From Eledone cirrhosa (lineage: Eukaryota): DNA of 64,000 bases. Location of the stretch: assembly GCA_964016885.1 (NCBI GenBank), contig OZ024740.1, forward strand, positions 74,028,001 through 74,092,000, written 5' to 3'. Made by a program: the position numbers and the translations under genes. Below are positions 51,467 through 64,000 of the stretch, one piece after another (position 1 is the first letter of the stretch; the number at the start of each line of letters is the position of its first letter). The notes under the pieces were generated by a model that did no database searches, was not told where the DNA came from, and saw nothing but the letters and a program-made list of their open reading frames with translations.

Positions 51467-52860
51467 ATCATCATCATCATCAACGTCCACCTTCCACACT
51501 TGCATGGGTTTGGACGGTACCTTTCCCACTTAAGGCAAGAGTGGTTGTCTTGCTCGCAAAGAACTGTCTGGCGGGTTTTCTACGGTTGGATGCCCTTCCT
51601 AACACCAACCACGTTTACAGTGTGGACTGGGAGGTTTTTACCGTGTTACCTAGACGGCCACATTACAGCGTGAACTGTGTATTTTTTTGTTGCGACACTT
51701 ACACGACCTCATTTGTTTCGGACTGGATGTTGTGGTACCAACATAACTTTACATTGAAAGGGGTGGTGTGGATGGGGTGGGGGTAGTGGGACGGGGGTGT
51801 ATTTTTGTTAGAGGTGCCTACTGACTGTAGTAGGTTTCCGTTGTACTTGGGTAAGGCGGGTCTTCTGTATTACTGTGTAGCGCCAAAGATCTTGGTCCAG
51901 TGACATTGTCTTGAAGAGGTGTGTGAGGTCGGAATTTATCAAGTCGTCCCAGGTTTTTCTGGGTCTGCCTACTCCATGGCTACCATCTATTTTTATTGCC
52001 CTGCACTTTTTTATACAGCTGTCGTCTCTCATGCACATCACGTGACCATACCAACGTAGTCTTCTCTCGAGTAAACAACATCTGATCCCTCTTATTTCTA
52101 ATTTTTCCCTTAGTTCGTTTATGCTTTGCCGTTCATGTATATTATTATTACAAATCCAGCGGAGCATGCAAGCTTCGTTCCTCTCCAGTCTGCATATAAC
52201 CTCTGCACACAATGCCCAGGTCTCACTGCCATGTAACATTGCTGTTCGTATGCAGGCATCATACAGCCTGCCTTTCATTTTTAGAGAGAACCTTTTAGCG
52301 GCTAATAGTGGTATAAGCTCTCTGAACTTTTCCCATCCAGTTCTGACTCTAGCTACTGTACTTTCAGTGCACCCTCCACCACTGCTGATTTTGTCACCCA
52401 AGTAACGGAAGGTGTCCACTATTTCTATAGAACCATCTGTGCAATGGAATGAGCTAGTATTATGTGGGCACTTGCTGCTACTTATTACACCAGAGCACAG
52501 GCTACATGTAAAATCTATATTCTTAGTTAGCTTACCTGTGATCCCACTACATCTTTTATGCACCCATACTTTGCATTTGGGACATCTTGCTGACTGTTTC
52601 TTTATACATGGCTTGTATAGCTCTCACAAGCCATTCATCAACACCTAGTTTTCTAAGAGCCCACCAGATAATGGAACGGGGGACTCTGTCAAAGGCTTTC
52701 TCCAAGTCGACAAAAGCTAAGTATAGGGGTTTACTTTTAGCTAGGTACTTCTCCTGTAGTTGTCGTACAATGAAAAGAACATCTGTGGTACTTTTACCTG
52801 ACACAAACACGAACTGCATTTCATCTAGATCAATTTGCTCTCTGATTAGTTGTGCTATTA
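51467..52860 (-). mobile_element. RTE family A copy with internal deletion of the YADD region
   Basis: ORFs 52556-52819 and 51808-52563 join ...ETVSK directly to CPKCK. Confidence 0.9.
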
Positions 52861-52874
52861 TATATATATAAAAT

Positions 52875-53605
52875 ACGTATGCAGTAGATGTTCAGGGAAA
52901 TTAGACAGTAGAAGTCGCATTGATAGACACATTTTTTTTTCAAATGCAAGTGGGTGCTATAGAAGTGGTGGATAGCTTCCGGTACCTAGGAGATCAGATT
53001 AGCATAGGAGGGGGGGGGGGGGTCTTCCGAGGCCACAGTATCTAGAATAAGGACGAGTTGGAAGAAGTTTAGGGAGCTGCTTCCTCTGCTGACGAAGAAG
53101 GGTTTCTCCCTGCGTACAAAAGGCTGGTTATATGATGCCTAAGTGAGGAGCGCGATGCTGCATGGTAGTGAGACATGGGCAGCAACTGCAGAGAATATGC
53201 AACGGCTGGAGAGAAATGAGGCAAGCGTGCTCCGTTGGATGTGCAGTGTAAATGTGCATGAATGACCCAGCATGAATGTGTTGAGAGAGAAACTGTGTCT
53301 GAGAGGGATAGAATGTAGTGTGCGAGAGAAGAGACTGAGGTGGTATGGACATGTGATGCGCATGGAGGATGACCGATGGGTGAAGAAAAGCCAGGAAATG
53401 CCAGTTGAAGGAAGACGAGATAGAGGTAGACCACGAAAAACATGGGCGGAGGTGGTGAGAACAGACTTCAGATCGCTGAAGCTCACGGTGGAGATGACAA
53501 AGGACCATGACAAGTGGAGAGATGCTGTGCTGAATAAGACCCGTCCCACCCTTACAAGCAGGGAAAAGCGAACGTAAAATGATAATGATGATGATGATGA
53601 TGATA
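52875..53605 (+). mobile_element. RTE family B 3' fragment (short 3' end, shared with the SINE tail)
   Basis: KRLRWYGHVMRMEDDRWVKK...GRPRKTW; ends CCCGTCCCACCCTTACAAGCAGGGAAAAGCGAACGTAAAATGAT. Confidence 0.85.
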
Positions 53606-53699
53606 TGTGGTGTGTATATATATATGTGTGTGTGTGGTGTATATACATTTATATATATATATATAATGTATATATGTGGTGTGTATATATATATATATA

Positions 53700-53950
53700 T
53701 GTAGGTGTCACGACAAAAAAACACAGTCCACGCTATAATGTGGCCTTGTAGGTAACACGGTAAAATGTTCCCAGTTCCACACTGTAAACGTGGTTGTTGT
53801 TAGGAAGGGCACCCAGCCGTAGAAAACCTGCAGATAGTCCCATATGAGCGAGACACGGTCACCTGACCAACCTTGCCTCAAGTGGGACAACTCCCGTCTA
53901 ACCCATGCTAGCGTGGAAGATGGACGTTAAACGAAGATGATGATGATGAT
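53700..53950 (+). mobile_element. RTE family A-type 3' UTR fragment
   Basis: UTR unit plus GAT tail; similar copy 56880-57152. Confidence 0.8.
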
Positions 53951-54249
53951 ATATATGTGTGTGTGTGTATATGTATGTGTGTTTGCAGACTAGTGTGTTT
54001 ATACACTTGTGTCTATGCCATGTGTATATATATGTATTTGCACGCGTATTTGTTATACTATTTTTTTTACTTATATCTGAATATGTGTATATGTATGTAC
54101 ACATATGTCTTTTTCTTTATTGCCATATACTTTTATATATTATTTTTCTTACCCTTCTTTTCTTACGTATATTTCCCGTTATTTTTGCAGCCTCACTTCC
54201 AATTTTTAACAGATTTTAAATCACATTTCATATTTTTTTAACATAACAT

Positions 54250-54317
54250 CTCTGTCTGATGACCGATCCAGTCGTATATTATTATTGTCTGGGATCCAGA
54301 AACCTTTGGTAATGGAG
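54250..54317 (+). ncRNA. Type-I hammerhead ribozyme, core intact, in pLTR-like element 54075-54350
   Basis: CUCUGU-CUGAUGA-(imperfect long stem II)-GAAA-CC(UUU)GG-UA-AUGGAG. Confidence 0.7.
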
Positions 54318-54430
54318 TAGTTATATTTTGTGTTGTTCACTTTCCAATTAAATAGCTCTGTTCTATACATAGAGCACTCTCTTTTCCTTTGCTTTTCCTT
54401 CGGAATTACCTAACATATATATAAATATAT

Positions 54431-54492
<62 letters not shown>

Positions 54493-54494
<2 letters not shown>

Positions 54495-56488
54495 CATCAT
54501 CATCATCATCACCGTTTTATGTCCATTCTTCTACGTTAGCATGGGTTAGATGGGTTGTTCTGTTGTGGGCAATGCCAGGTCGGTTGACCTTGTCTTGCTC
54601 ATATGGGAACTGATTTTTGGCTTGGTTTCTACAGCTGGATGGCCTTCCTAACACCAACCTCATTTACAGTGAGTACTGGCTGCTTTTTTACCATGGCGCC
54701 TACACGACCACTTTACAGTGTAGCTGGGTGCTTTTTTGTCATGACACCTCCACGACCACTTTGCAGTGGGAGGGAATGGGGGCATATTGTCTATATGCTT
54801 CAGCTTCAGTTTGTACCCGTGGGAAGTCAGGTCTTCTATATTACAGCATGACACCAGAGGTCACGGTCGTCTGTCATCGCCTTTGAGAGGTGCAATTGGG
54901 CAAGGTCAGCTTTTATCACCTCATCCCAGGTCTTCTTGGGTCTCCCCGTTCCAAGGTTTCCATTGACTTTTAGTACTCTGCAGCTCTTTATGCAGCTGTC
55001 ATCCGTCATATGCATCACATGTCCATACCAATGCAACCTCTTCTGCACACAGCATTTGATTCCTCTTATGCTCAGTGTCTCTCTCAATTCGTTTATATTA
55101 CTATTACACATCCATCGGAGCAGGCAAGCTTCGTTTCTTTCTAATCTACGCAAGTCTTTTACACACAGTGCCCAGGTCTCACTACTATGTAACATTGCTG
55201 TTCATATGCATGCATCATACAGTCTGCCTTTCATTTTGAGGGAAAAACATTTTGCAGCTCGCAGTGGAAGTAGTTCCCTGAATTTCTTCCATCCCGTTCT
55301 TACTCTGGTTACTGTACTTTCCGAACACCCACCTCCACTGCTAATTCGGTCACCTAGGTAGCAGAAGCTGTCTACTGTTTCTACAGAACCCTCCCAGAGT
55401 TTGGTAGTGCTTGTTTCCTGTGGCTGTTTGCTGCTTACTGTCCCGGAGCAGCTACTACATGTAAAGCCTACATTCCTAACTAAGCTTCCTGAGATCCCAC
55501 TACATCTCTTGTGTATCCATAGTTTGCATTTGGAGCAGAGGATGGAATTCCTACCTACACCTTTCCTACATACTGAACAAGGCCATTTCCCTGAAATTCA
55601 GGTTGACTTACAAGGCCCTTCTTTCTAGTCCCTGCTTCCATGTTTGGAATTTTTTCTTTAGTTCCGCCATAGGTTCAGCTATAAGTGTAAGATCATCCGC
55701 ATACAGAAATTCCCATGAGCATCCGGTCTGAAACTCCTCTGTTATAACTTGCAATACTATAATAAACAGGAGAGGGCTAAGAACAGAGCTCTGGTGGATA
55801 CTGACCTGTATGCTAAATTCCTTGCTACAGTCATTGTTAACTCAAACTTTTCTGACTGCTCCCCTATACATGGCTTGTACAGTTTTCACAAGCCATTCAT
55901 CTACTCCTAGTTTTCTAAAAGCCCACCAGATTATAGCACGGAACACTCTGCCGAAGGCTTTTTCCAGATCGACAAATGCCAGGTAGAGTGGCTTACTTTT
56001 AGCTAGGTACTTTTCATGTTACTGTCTCACAAGGAAGAGAGCATCAGTGGTGCTTTTTCCTAGCACAAACCCAAACTGCATATCATCTTGTTTTACTCTA
56101 ATCAACTGTGCTATAACTCTTTCTGTTACTATCATGACCTGGTCCATCAGCTTTATATCTTTATAGTTTCCTCTATCTAGTGCATCTCCTTTACCTTTGT
56201 AGCAGTTGACAATGATGCTGCTGCGCCAATCCTTTGGTATGACACCCTCTAGTATTACCTGGTTAACAATACATGTGACCTACCGACCCAGATGCTTTCA
56301 GCATCTCGGCAGCTATACCCAATGAACCAGTTGCCTTCCCAGTCTTCATATCTTTAATTACCTTACTTATTACGCTGTTGCTGACTTGTATTGCTGGTCC
56401 CTCTATAGAGTCCACTTGGGGTAGAGTCTCTTTCTCCCATGCATTCTCCTCATTTAGTAATCTTTCATAATGGCTCTTCCACGCAGTT
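54493..56488 (-). mobile_element. RTE family A LINE, 5'-truncated, decayed
   Basis: Colinear with 5165-7025; (CAT)n at 3' end, (TA)n at 5' end. Confidence 0.92.
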
Positions 56489-56511
56489 TATATATATATA
56501 TATATATACAC

Positions 56512-56871
56512 ACAGTGTACCCCTGGCATTCGAGGTCCCGATTATTCACGGAATTTTCCTTAGAATCAAACTAATAATTATTCGTGGAAACCACCACATA
56601 TTCGTGGAATCATAAATATCTTGGCGATATTTTTAATGCCGTTTTTTGTGGCAATATATATTTTTTTAATGTTAAATTATTAATTACAATATACCATATT
56701 TGCCAGCCTATTGGATACCCCTTCACATAAGACTCTCCCTCCTTTTTTTATATTTTACATTATATTTAGACGTTTATAGGCATTTTTATGGACCTCGTCC
56801 AGTATTCATGGTTTGTCACTCTTTGCGGATTCTCTAGGAATGTAACCCCTGCAAATACCAGGAACAACTTA
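56512..56871. mobile_element. Possible Tc1/pogo-type MITE remnant
   Basis: CAGTGTACCCCTGGCATTCG start and an imperfect inverted end CAAATACCAGGAACAACTT in TA context. Confidence 0.4.
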
Positions 56872-57754
56872 TATATATGAGGTCGTGTAGGTGTCACGAC
56901 AAAAAAACACAGTCCACGCTGTAATGTGGCCATGTAGGTAAGATGGTAAAAAGCTAGGTAAGATGGTAAAAAGCTCCCAGTCCACACTGTAAATGTGGTT
57001 GGTGTTAGGAAGAGCATCCAGCTGTGGGAAACCTGACAGTCTTATATGAGTGAAACACTGTCACCCGACCAATCTTGCCTCAAGTGGGACAATTCCCGTC
57101 TAACCCATGCTAGCGTGGAAAATAGATGTTAAACGATGATGATGATGATGATATATATATATGTATCATCATCATCATTTAAAGTCTATTTTCGATGCTA
57201 ACATGGGTTGTCCCATTTGAGGCAAGTTGGGTCAGCTGACCATATCTTGCCCATACAGAACTTTTCTGCTTTTGTTTCTATGGCTGGATGCCCTTTCTAA
57301 TGCCAACCACATTTACAGTGTGTGCTGGGCGCTTTTTGTCATGACTACTACACAACCACTTTACAGTGTGGGCTGGTTGCTTTTTGTTGTGGCACCAAAA
57401 CAACCACTTTACACTGGGGTCTGGGGCAGGGGAGTAAAAGCGTGGGAGAGGGGTGGTATGATCAGGATGTGGGTGGGGTGTTAGAGCCAAATTATACAGC
57501 TTTGTATGCAAATGCTGCTAATCAGCCCACCTACACATCCGAAAAAAAACTGTATTTTCGCCTGTCTCAAAGTCCAGCAGTAAGTAAGAGGAAGCACTGT
57601 CCAGATGAGAACCATTAAGTTCGAAATGCATAAACAATTATCCCCCACTGCTTCTGCTGGACAGTGCTGGTCATCAGCCTGCTATTCATAACTGGGCTTT
57701 CAAAATTTATGTTTATTTATTAAACATACTATATATCTTTAGATATACAAAATT

Positions 57755-58240
<486 letters not shown>

Positions 58241-58266
58241 TATATATATCATCATCATTATTTTTT

Positions 58267-58456
58267 CGGTGAATTGGCAGTATCGGTAGAGGGTCGGACG
58301 CCCTGCTTTGACGCATAGAGTTACGGCCCTTGCCATTCTGAGTTCAAATCCCGCCGAGGTTAACTTTGCCTTTCATCCTTACGGGGTCGATAAAATAAAG
58401 TACCAGTAATGTACTGGGTAATTTGCTGGCCTTGTGCCAATAGTAGAAACAATTAT
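58267..58456 (+). mobile_element. OK-type SINE
   Basis: Homologous to 44750-44945. Confidence 0.8.
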
Positions 58457-58584
58457 TTTTTCAATTTACAGGAAAATTCATATTTTCTGGTATGTTTGAA
58501 TGCCTACAAATTAGAAATGTGTATATATTTATACATGGTGCAGTTTCAGTTACACACTCTATATTTATGCAGATATAATTTATC

Positions 58585-59900
58585 ATGTGTGCCACATGGC
58601 CTGGATCTCTGGAAAGGTACTGAAGTAATAGCAATCAGGAGTGATAATTCCAATTATCAAAAAGGGAGACAAAAGAAATTGCTCCAATTATAGGGGGATC
58701 TCCTTGTTAAGCCTTCTCGGTAAAGTCTATGCTAAGTGTCTGGCAAAGAGATTAAGAGTCCAATCTAGTTGATGAACAGTGGGGTTTTGTCCCAGATGCA
58801 GCACAGCCGACCAAATATTCACACTGTGGCAGGTCTTTGAGAAATCGTGGTAGTACTCCCAAGAGGTGTATTATTGCTTTGTAGACTTCAAAAAGGCATA
58901 TGACTGCATTCCACAGGACCTTTTGTTGAAAGTTCAGCAGGAGTATGGGATTGGTGGTTAGCTTCTTGTTGCCCCGATGTCTTTATACAGTGGCCCAAGT
59001 ATTTGTATTCAGATAAATGGTGCTAAATCGAAACCATTCACTGTGGGAGTTAAACTCTGCCATGGGTGTGTACTGTCACCTCTCCTGTTCATTATTTTCA
59101 TAAACAGGATTGGCATGCACAGGCAGGTTGGAAGTGGCATCATGACTGGCAGCTGGAATTTGAAGACAACATGGTGTTATTTAACTTGACAGAAGGTGAT
59201 CTCTGACTTGCACATGATAGGTTTGATGCTGAGTGCTGCATGGCTGGAGTGAAAATCAGCACTGCAAAAACTGAGAAACTCATCCTCTCAAGGAAGCCTG
59301 TGCAGTGTACTCTACATGTGAATGGAGTTCCACTGAAGTAGGTAGAGAAGTTCAAGTATCTCAGGGCCATGTTCACAAGTGTTGGAATGAAGGAGGCTGT
59401 ATTTAGTGCAAGAAATGCAGGAGCTGGTGCAATAATGTGCCAGTTTCAGCATTCAGTAATCAGAAGAATGGAGATAGGTGTAAAAGCCAAACTCGCTATC
59501 TTCAATTCAGTTTTTATGCCAACCTTTAACTATGGTCATGAATCTTTGGTGATGGCCAAAAGAATATGATCACAAATACATGCACCTGAAGTGGGGTTCC
59601 TCTTAAGGGTCTTTGGAGTAATGTTACTCAATTGAGTGTGTAGCTCAGATATCAGAGAGTCGCTCCAGGTAGAGCCAGCTACTTCTTTGAATTGAAAGAT
59701 CACAGCCCCGATACTATGGGCATGAGGTTAGAATGTCTCAGGAAAGAATTGCTGGAGATTTTATGAGCAAAACCATCTGGCAGGAGAGCCAGAGATAGAC
59801 CTCGAAACGAGATGGTTGGATAACATCCTTGAGCTAAGCTTGTCGGTTTGGGGGTCCAGCAGGATCAGTTGGAAATGGTTGCTTCTGACAGGACCTGCTT
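58585..59900 (+). mobile_element. Old RTE-like LINE RT fragment
   Basis: NYRGISLLS, GCVLSPLLFIIFI, VEKFKYL, PTFNYGHESLV. Confidence 0.8.
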
Positions 59901-61177
59901 GATTATAATTTATCCTAAAAAATGGAGGAATGGGAAATACAAAAAAAAAATATCACAAGTACAATGAGGATAATCAAAATTATCAGTAATTAATGCTAAA
60001 GGTGAGCTTGCTCTCACAAGTGCTGTGAGAAGAAAGCAACAAGGAAGATGAAAAAACTTACCTCAACACTTAATTTTAAATATTTAGTTTTTAGTTTTTA
60101 ATCCTTATTAATTCTTTTTAATTGTAATACTCAACATTTGATAAGATGAATTTTACTAATACATTGAAACTGATAATACTTTATATACATTATAAAACTC
60201 AATATATATTCAATGCTATTTCCAATTTCACCCTCTCTCTCTCTATAAAGAGAGAGAGAGAGAAGTGTATTGCATTAAACAAGTCCAATCTGAATATTTT
60301 TCTCAACTCTTTTTATACAAAACACTTGAAATGCCATGCTTCTATGATATAAAACTGCTTATTTTAGAGTGTTTATATTTATAAAACTTTCCACCATAAT
60401 TTGATGTAAAAACCTTTAAGTTCTGCTCCAAACACCAGATTATTTATGGGAAAACTAGTTATTTTAGAAAATTTCTCCAAATACTTCATTATTTTCAAAA
60501 TTATTTGAAAAACAGACAGTACTTGTCATTAGAAATATTGTAACTAAAGGTTTAAACCAGATAAAAGGTGATAGTATCTTGACTTATTTCCATTTGATCT
60601 TTATTCTCTTAAACCTGAATTATACTCGAAAAGGGATAGAAAGGTTTTCAATGCAGTTTTGCTGGTTTTAATGAATTCTATATAAATAAATTGTATGTGT
60701 GTATTTGTGTGTATGTGTGTGTCTCTCTGCATGTGTATTTAGCTTTTTTTTTGTTTTTTGTTAACTACTTCATTCAATAGATATATTTTAGTTTTGAATA
60801 GGAAACTTTTTTCAGTTCTCATACTTTTTTTTTTAAATATTATAATTTCTTTTATATTCATTAAGGTTTTTTCCCTTTCACTTTCTTCCAGCATATCTGT
60901 TTCTCTGCTTGGGTTAAAAAATAACTAAATAAGAAATATCTTAAAGTTGATGAACTTATTGAAAATTTGTCTGTAACTCTGCTGTCATTCATAATAATAT
61001 TGATAGGCATGATAGATGGGAGGATGTCTTAGAAATTGTTATCTAATTCACTTCAATTCTTTTTGCCACACAGTATTATAGAATTTCTATTCCTGTATGT
61101 GTGTTGAAGAGGAATAGACATTTTATAATAATATATATGGCAAAAAGAATTGCGTGTGTGAGTGTGATATATATATG

Positions 61178-61210
<33 letters not shown>

Positions 61211-61600
61211 CAGGAAACAAAAAAAAAACTAGCCACACACACATACATACATACATAAACATTTCTGTACTTTTGAATTTTGGGGATTGGCACAAAGACA
61301 ATTCCAACTTCGCTTGACTATTGAATATAACAGATGTGAATTGCTACTGTCCATTTTCACTAAAAAAAAAAAATTCTTTTGGCATGAAAGTACCACCAGA
61401 TATGGTGCCTAATCACATGATAATCCTCAGCCTATCAAATTATACTTTAAACTTGAGTTGCTTTTGTGCCAAAACCTGAAAGAAACATGACACTACCGAT
61501 TTTTGGTGCAAAATTACCAAAAAAATCCAATACCACATCATGTGATCTTCCTTAACATAAATTGTACACCAAACATACACACACGCACATATGCATACAT

Positions 61601-61680
<80 letters not shown>

Positions 61681-61687
61681 GTATATC

Positions 61688-62730
61688 CTCAGGAAATTCA
61701 ATGTAGAAAATGGAATTATCCAAGTCATCCAGGCCCTTTATAAGGATGCCACCAGTGCAGTTCTTTTGGGAAAACAGGTGGAAAACTTTTCAGACAACTG
61801 TTTGTGGTAAGACAGGTGTGTACTTTCACCCTTGTTGTTCAACCTGTTTTTAGAATGAATCATGTAAGAAACCCTCAACGACCATGGTACCTCAACCTCT
61901 GTCGGTGGTAACCTACATTTTGCAGATGACATTGACCTCATAGCCAGGCAGTAACAACGAGCTCCAAGACTTGACCAACAAACTTGTTGAAAGAGCAGAA
62001 GCATATGAAACAGGTCAGTTTCAAGAAATCCAAAGTAATGGTGAATAGCACAAGTAGCACCTGTGTCAACATCCCCATGAATGGACATTCATTGGAGGAA
62101 GTGTCCATTTTCAAATACTTGGGATTAGTCTTACCAAAAGATGGTACCTGCAATGCAGAAATCCACATACAGATTGCCACAGCTATGGCAGTGATGGCCA
62201 AATTGGCAAGAATATGGAGGAGCAATATCAGTTTTCAGACCAAATAGAGATTGTATAAATTGCTGGTTGTCTCTGTCCTCCTATATGAGTGTGAGATCTG
62301 GACACTTTTGGCAAAAATAGAGAGAAGGATCTAGGCGTTTGAGAACAAATGCATGAGAAAACACCTTCTTATTTCCTATTGGGAGCATAAAACCAATGAA
62401 TTAGTGCAGAGAAAGGTTGAAAGTTTTGTGGTTCACCAGGAACCTCTCCTCGCCACTGTCAAGAGGAGGAAACTGGCATGGTTTGGCCACATCACATGAT
62501 ATGACAGCCTATGCAAGAGCATCATGCAAGGTAACGTTGAGAGTGGATGCAGGGGGGGGGGGGTCACCAACGCAAAAACTGGTTGGACAATTTCAAAGAA
62601 TGGATGCAAATGACGACACCAGACTTGTTGGCGGTCACCATTGATAGACTATTTTGAATGTGTGTTGCTTCTGCAGTAGGATTCCCCCAACGACTACAGA
62701 AGTCAAGGGACTGAGGATGATGATGATGAT
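61688..62730 (+). mobile_element. Old RTE-like LINE RT/3' fragment with GAT tail
   Basis: FADDIDL, LEEVSIFKYLG, WHGLATSH/WFGHI region. Confidence 0.8.
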
Positions 62731-62984
62731 ACATATATACATATACACATATATATACATATACACATATATATACAAATATATACATATATATACATAT
62801 ATATATATACATATATACATACAATATATACACACATATATATATACAATATATATACACATATATACAATATATATACACATATATACAATGTATATAC
62901 ACATACATATATACAATATATATACACATACATATATACATATATCATCATCCTCGTTTAACGTCCACTTTCCACACTAGCATG

Positions 62985-63049
<65 letters not shown>

Positions 63050-63051
<2 letters not shown>

Positions 63052-64000
63052 AGATCAAAAGATGGTTAAAGGAGTTCCATGTATTTTATTATGCGCATTT
63101 CAAAAACAAACATCATCATGCAATAATATTTGTGTTTGCATCAGATAAAACAGGAGAACATGATATGAAGGCTAAAAAACACTTGTGGATAGTGCAGTTT
63201 TAAATCAACATATGAAAAGTGGTTTTAGATTGATGTGTGATATTGGGAAAAATATTTTATTTAGAGAGGGGGTGGGTGGAAAGGATGAAAAAGGGGAGGA
63301 GATGAGAGGGAGAGATGGGTGATAGAGAGAAAGAGATAGTTTTTATAACTGAGAGGAGATATATTGTTTTACATAGAGAGGTTGAAAACCGTTGGAAGAT
63401 AATGTATAAATTAAAAAAATTTGAAAATTAACGAAAGGAGGATATGTGCGAGGAAAAAGTATTTTATTTAGGGGGGTGGGTGCAAAGGATGAAAAAAAGG
63501 GGGAGGAGGTGAAGGTGGAGAGGGAGAGATGGGTGATAGAGAGAAAGAGATAGTTTTTATAACTGAGAGAAAGATATATTGTTTTACATAGAGAGAGGTT
63601 GAGAACCGTTGGAAGATAATGTATAAATTAAAGGAATTTGAAAATTAACGAAGGGAATTTATGTATGAAGATAGAGAGAAGAAATAATAATTGTGGATGA
63701 ATATTCTAACGTCAAAAAAGGGTATGTTGATAAGTATTGTGGCAATTTCAAAATTAACGAAGAGAAAAATTATTAAGGTTTGTGTGTAGAAGGATTTGAG
63801 AAAAATAATGTGAAGTTAAAGTTTGTATATTGGAGGAATTGATAATATATGCGAATAAAGAGTTAATATGTATTAAGAATGAGTTCGTTGATGGGGAGAA
63901 AAAAATAATAAATTAAGGATGAAATTGAGATTAAAAAGATTTATGATAGAGAGAAAAAAAATAATGATTGCGGATGAATATTCTAACGTAAAAAAACAGA
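63050..64000 (-). mobile_element. pLTR-like AT-rich element with ~214-bp tandem duplication and hammerhead variant (63083-63151)
   Basis: GUUUUAU-CUGAUGC-long stem II-GAAA-UGCGCA-UA-AUAAAAU; 63314-63436 repeats at 63528-63652. Confidence 0.6.

Noticed and set aside
60056-60110. Candidate upstream SELENOS exon ending at a GTAAGT donor
   Set aside because: In-frame stop 13 codons upstream, no clear acceptor and no SelS similarity

Overview
Repeat-saturated, AT-rich animal genomic DNA, most likely an octopod cephalopod. That is inferred from OK-type tRNA SINEs, RTE LINEs with (GAT)n tails and dense (TA)n/(CA)n microsatellites. The only host gene I can support is absent from the ORF track: the 3' part of a minus-strand selenoprotein S gene (SELENOS/VIMP). 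It has two coding exons (42952-43012, 29237-29319) ending ...RGG-U(TGA)-G-stop, plus a well-formed type-2 SECIS about 0.95 kb downstream (28240-28303). No upstream exons were found in the window. Nearly all long ORFs are retrotransposon remnants (RTE LINEs with a PHD-like finger, other RTE-like LINEs, Penelope-like elements) or artefacts of a 33-bp minisatellite (45.1-48.4 kb). About a dozen type-I hammerhead ribozyme motifs of varied sequence occur, several in palindromes or inverted pairs. In the presumed SELENOS introns the core-intact ones are antisense and the sense ones are broken. All structures were folded by eye and coordinates of decayed repeats are approximate.
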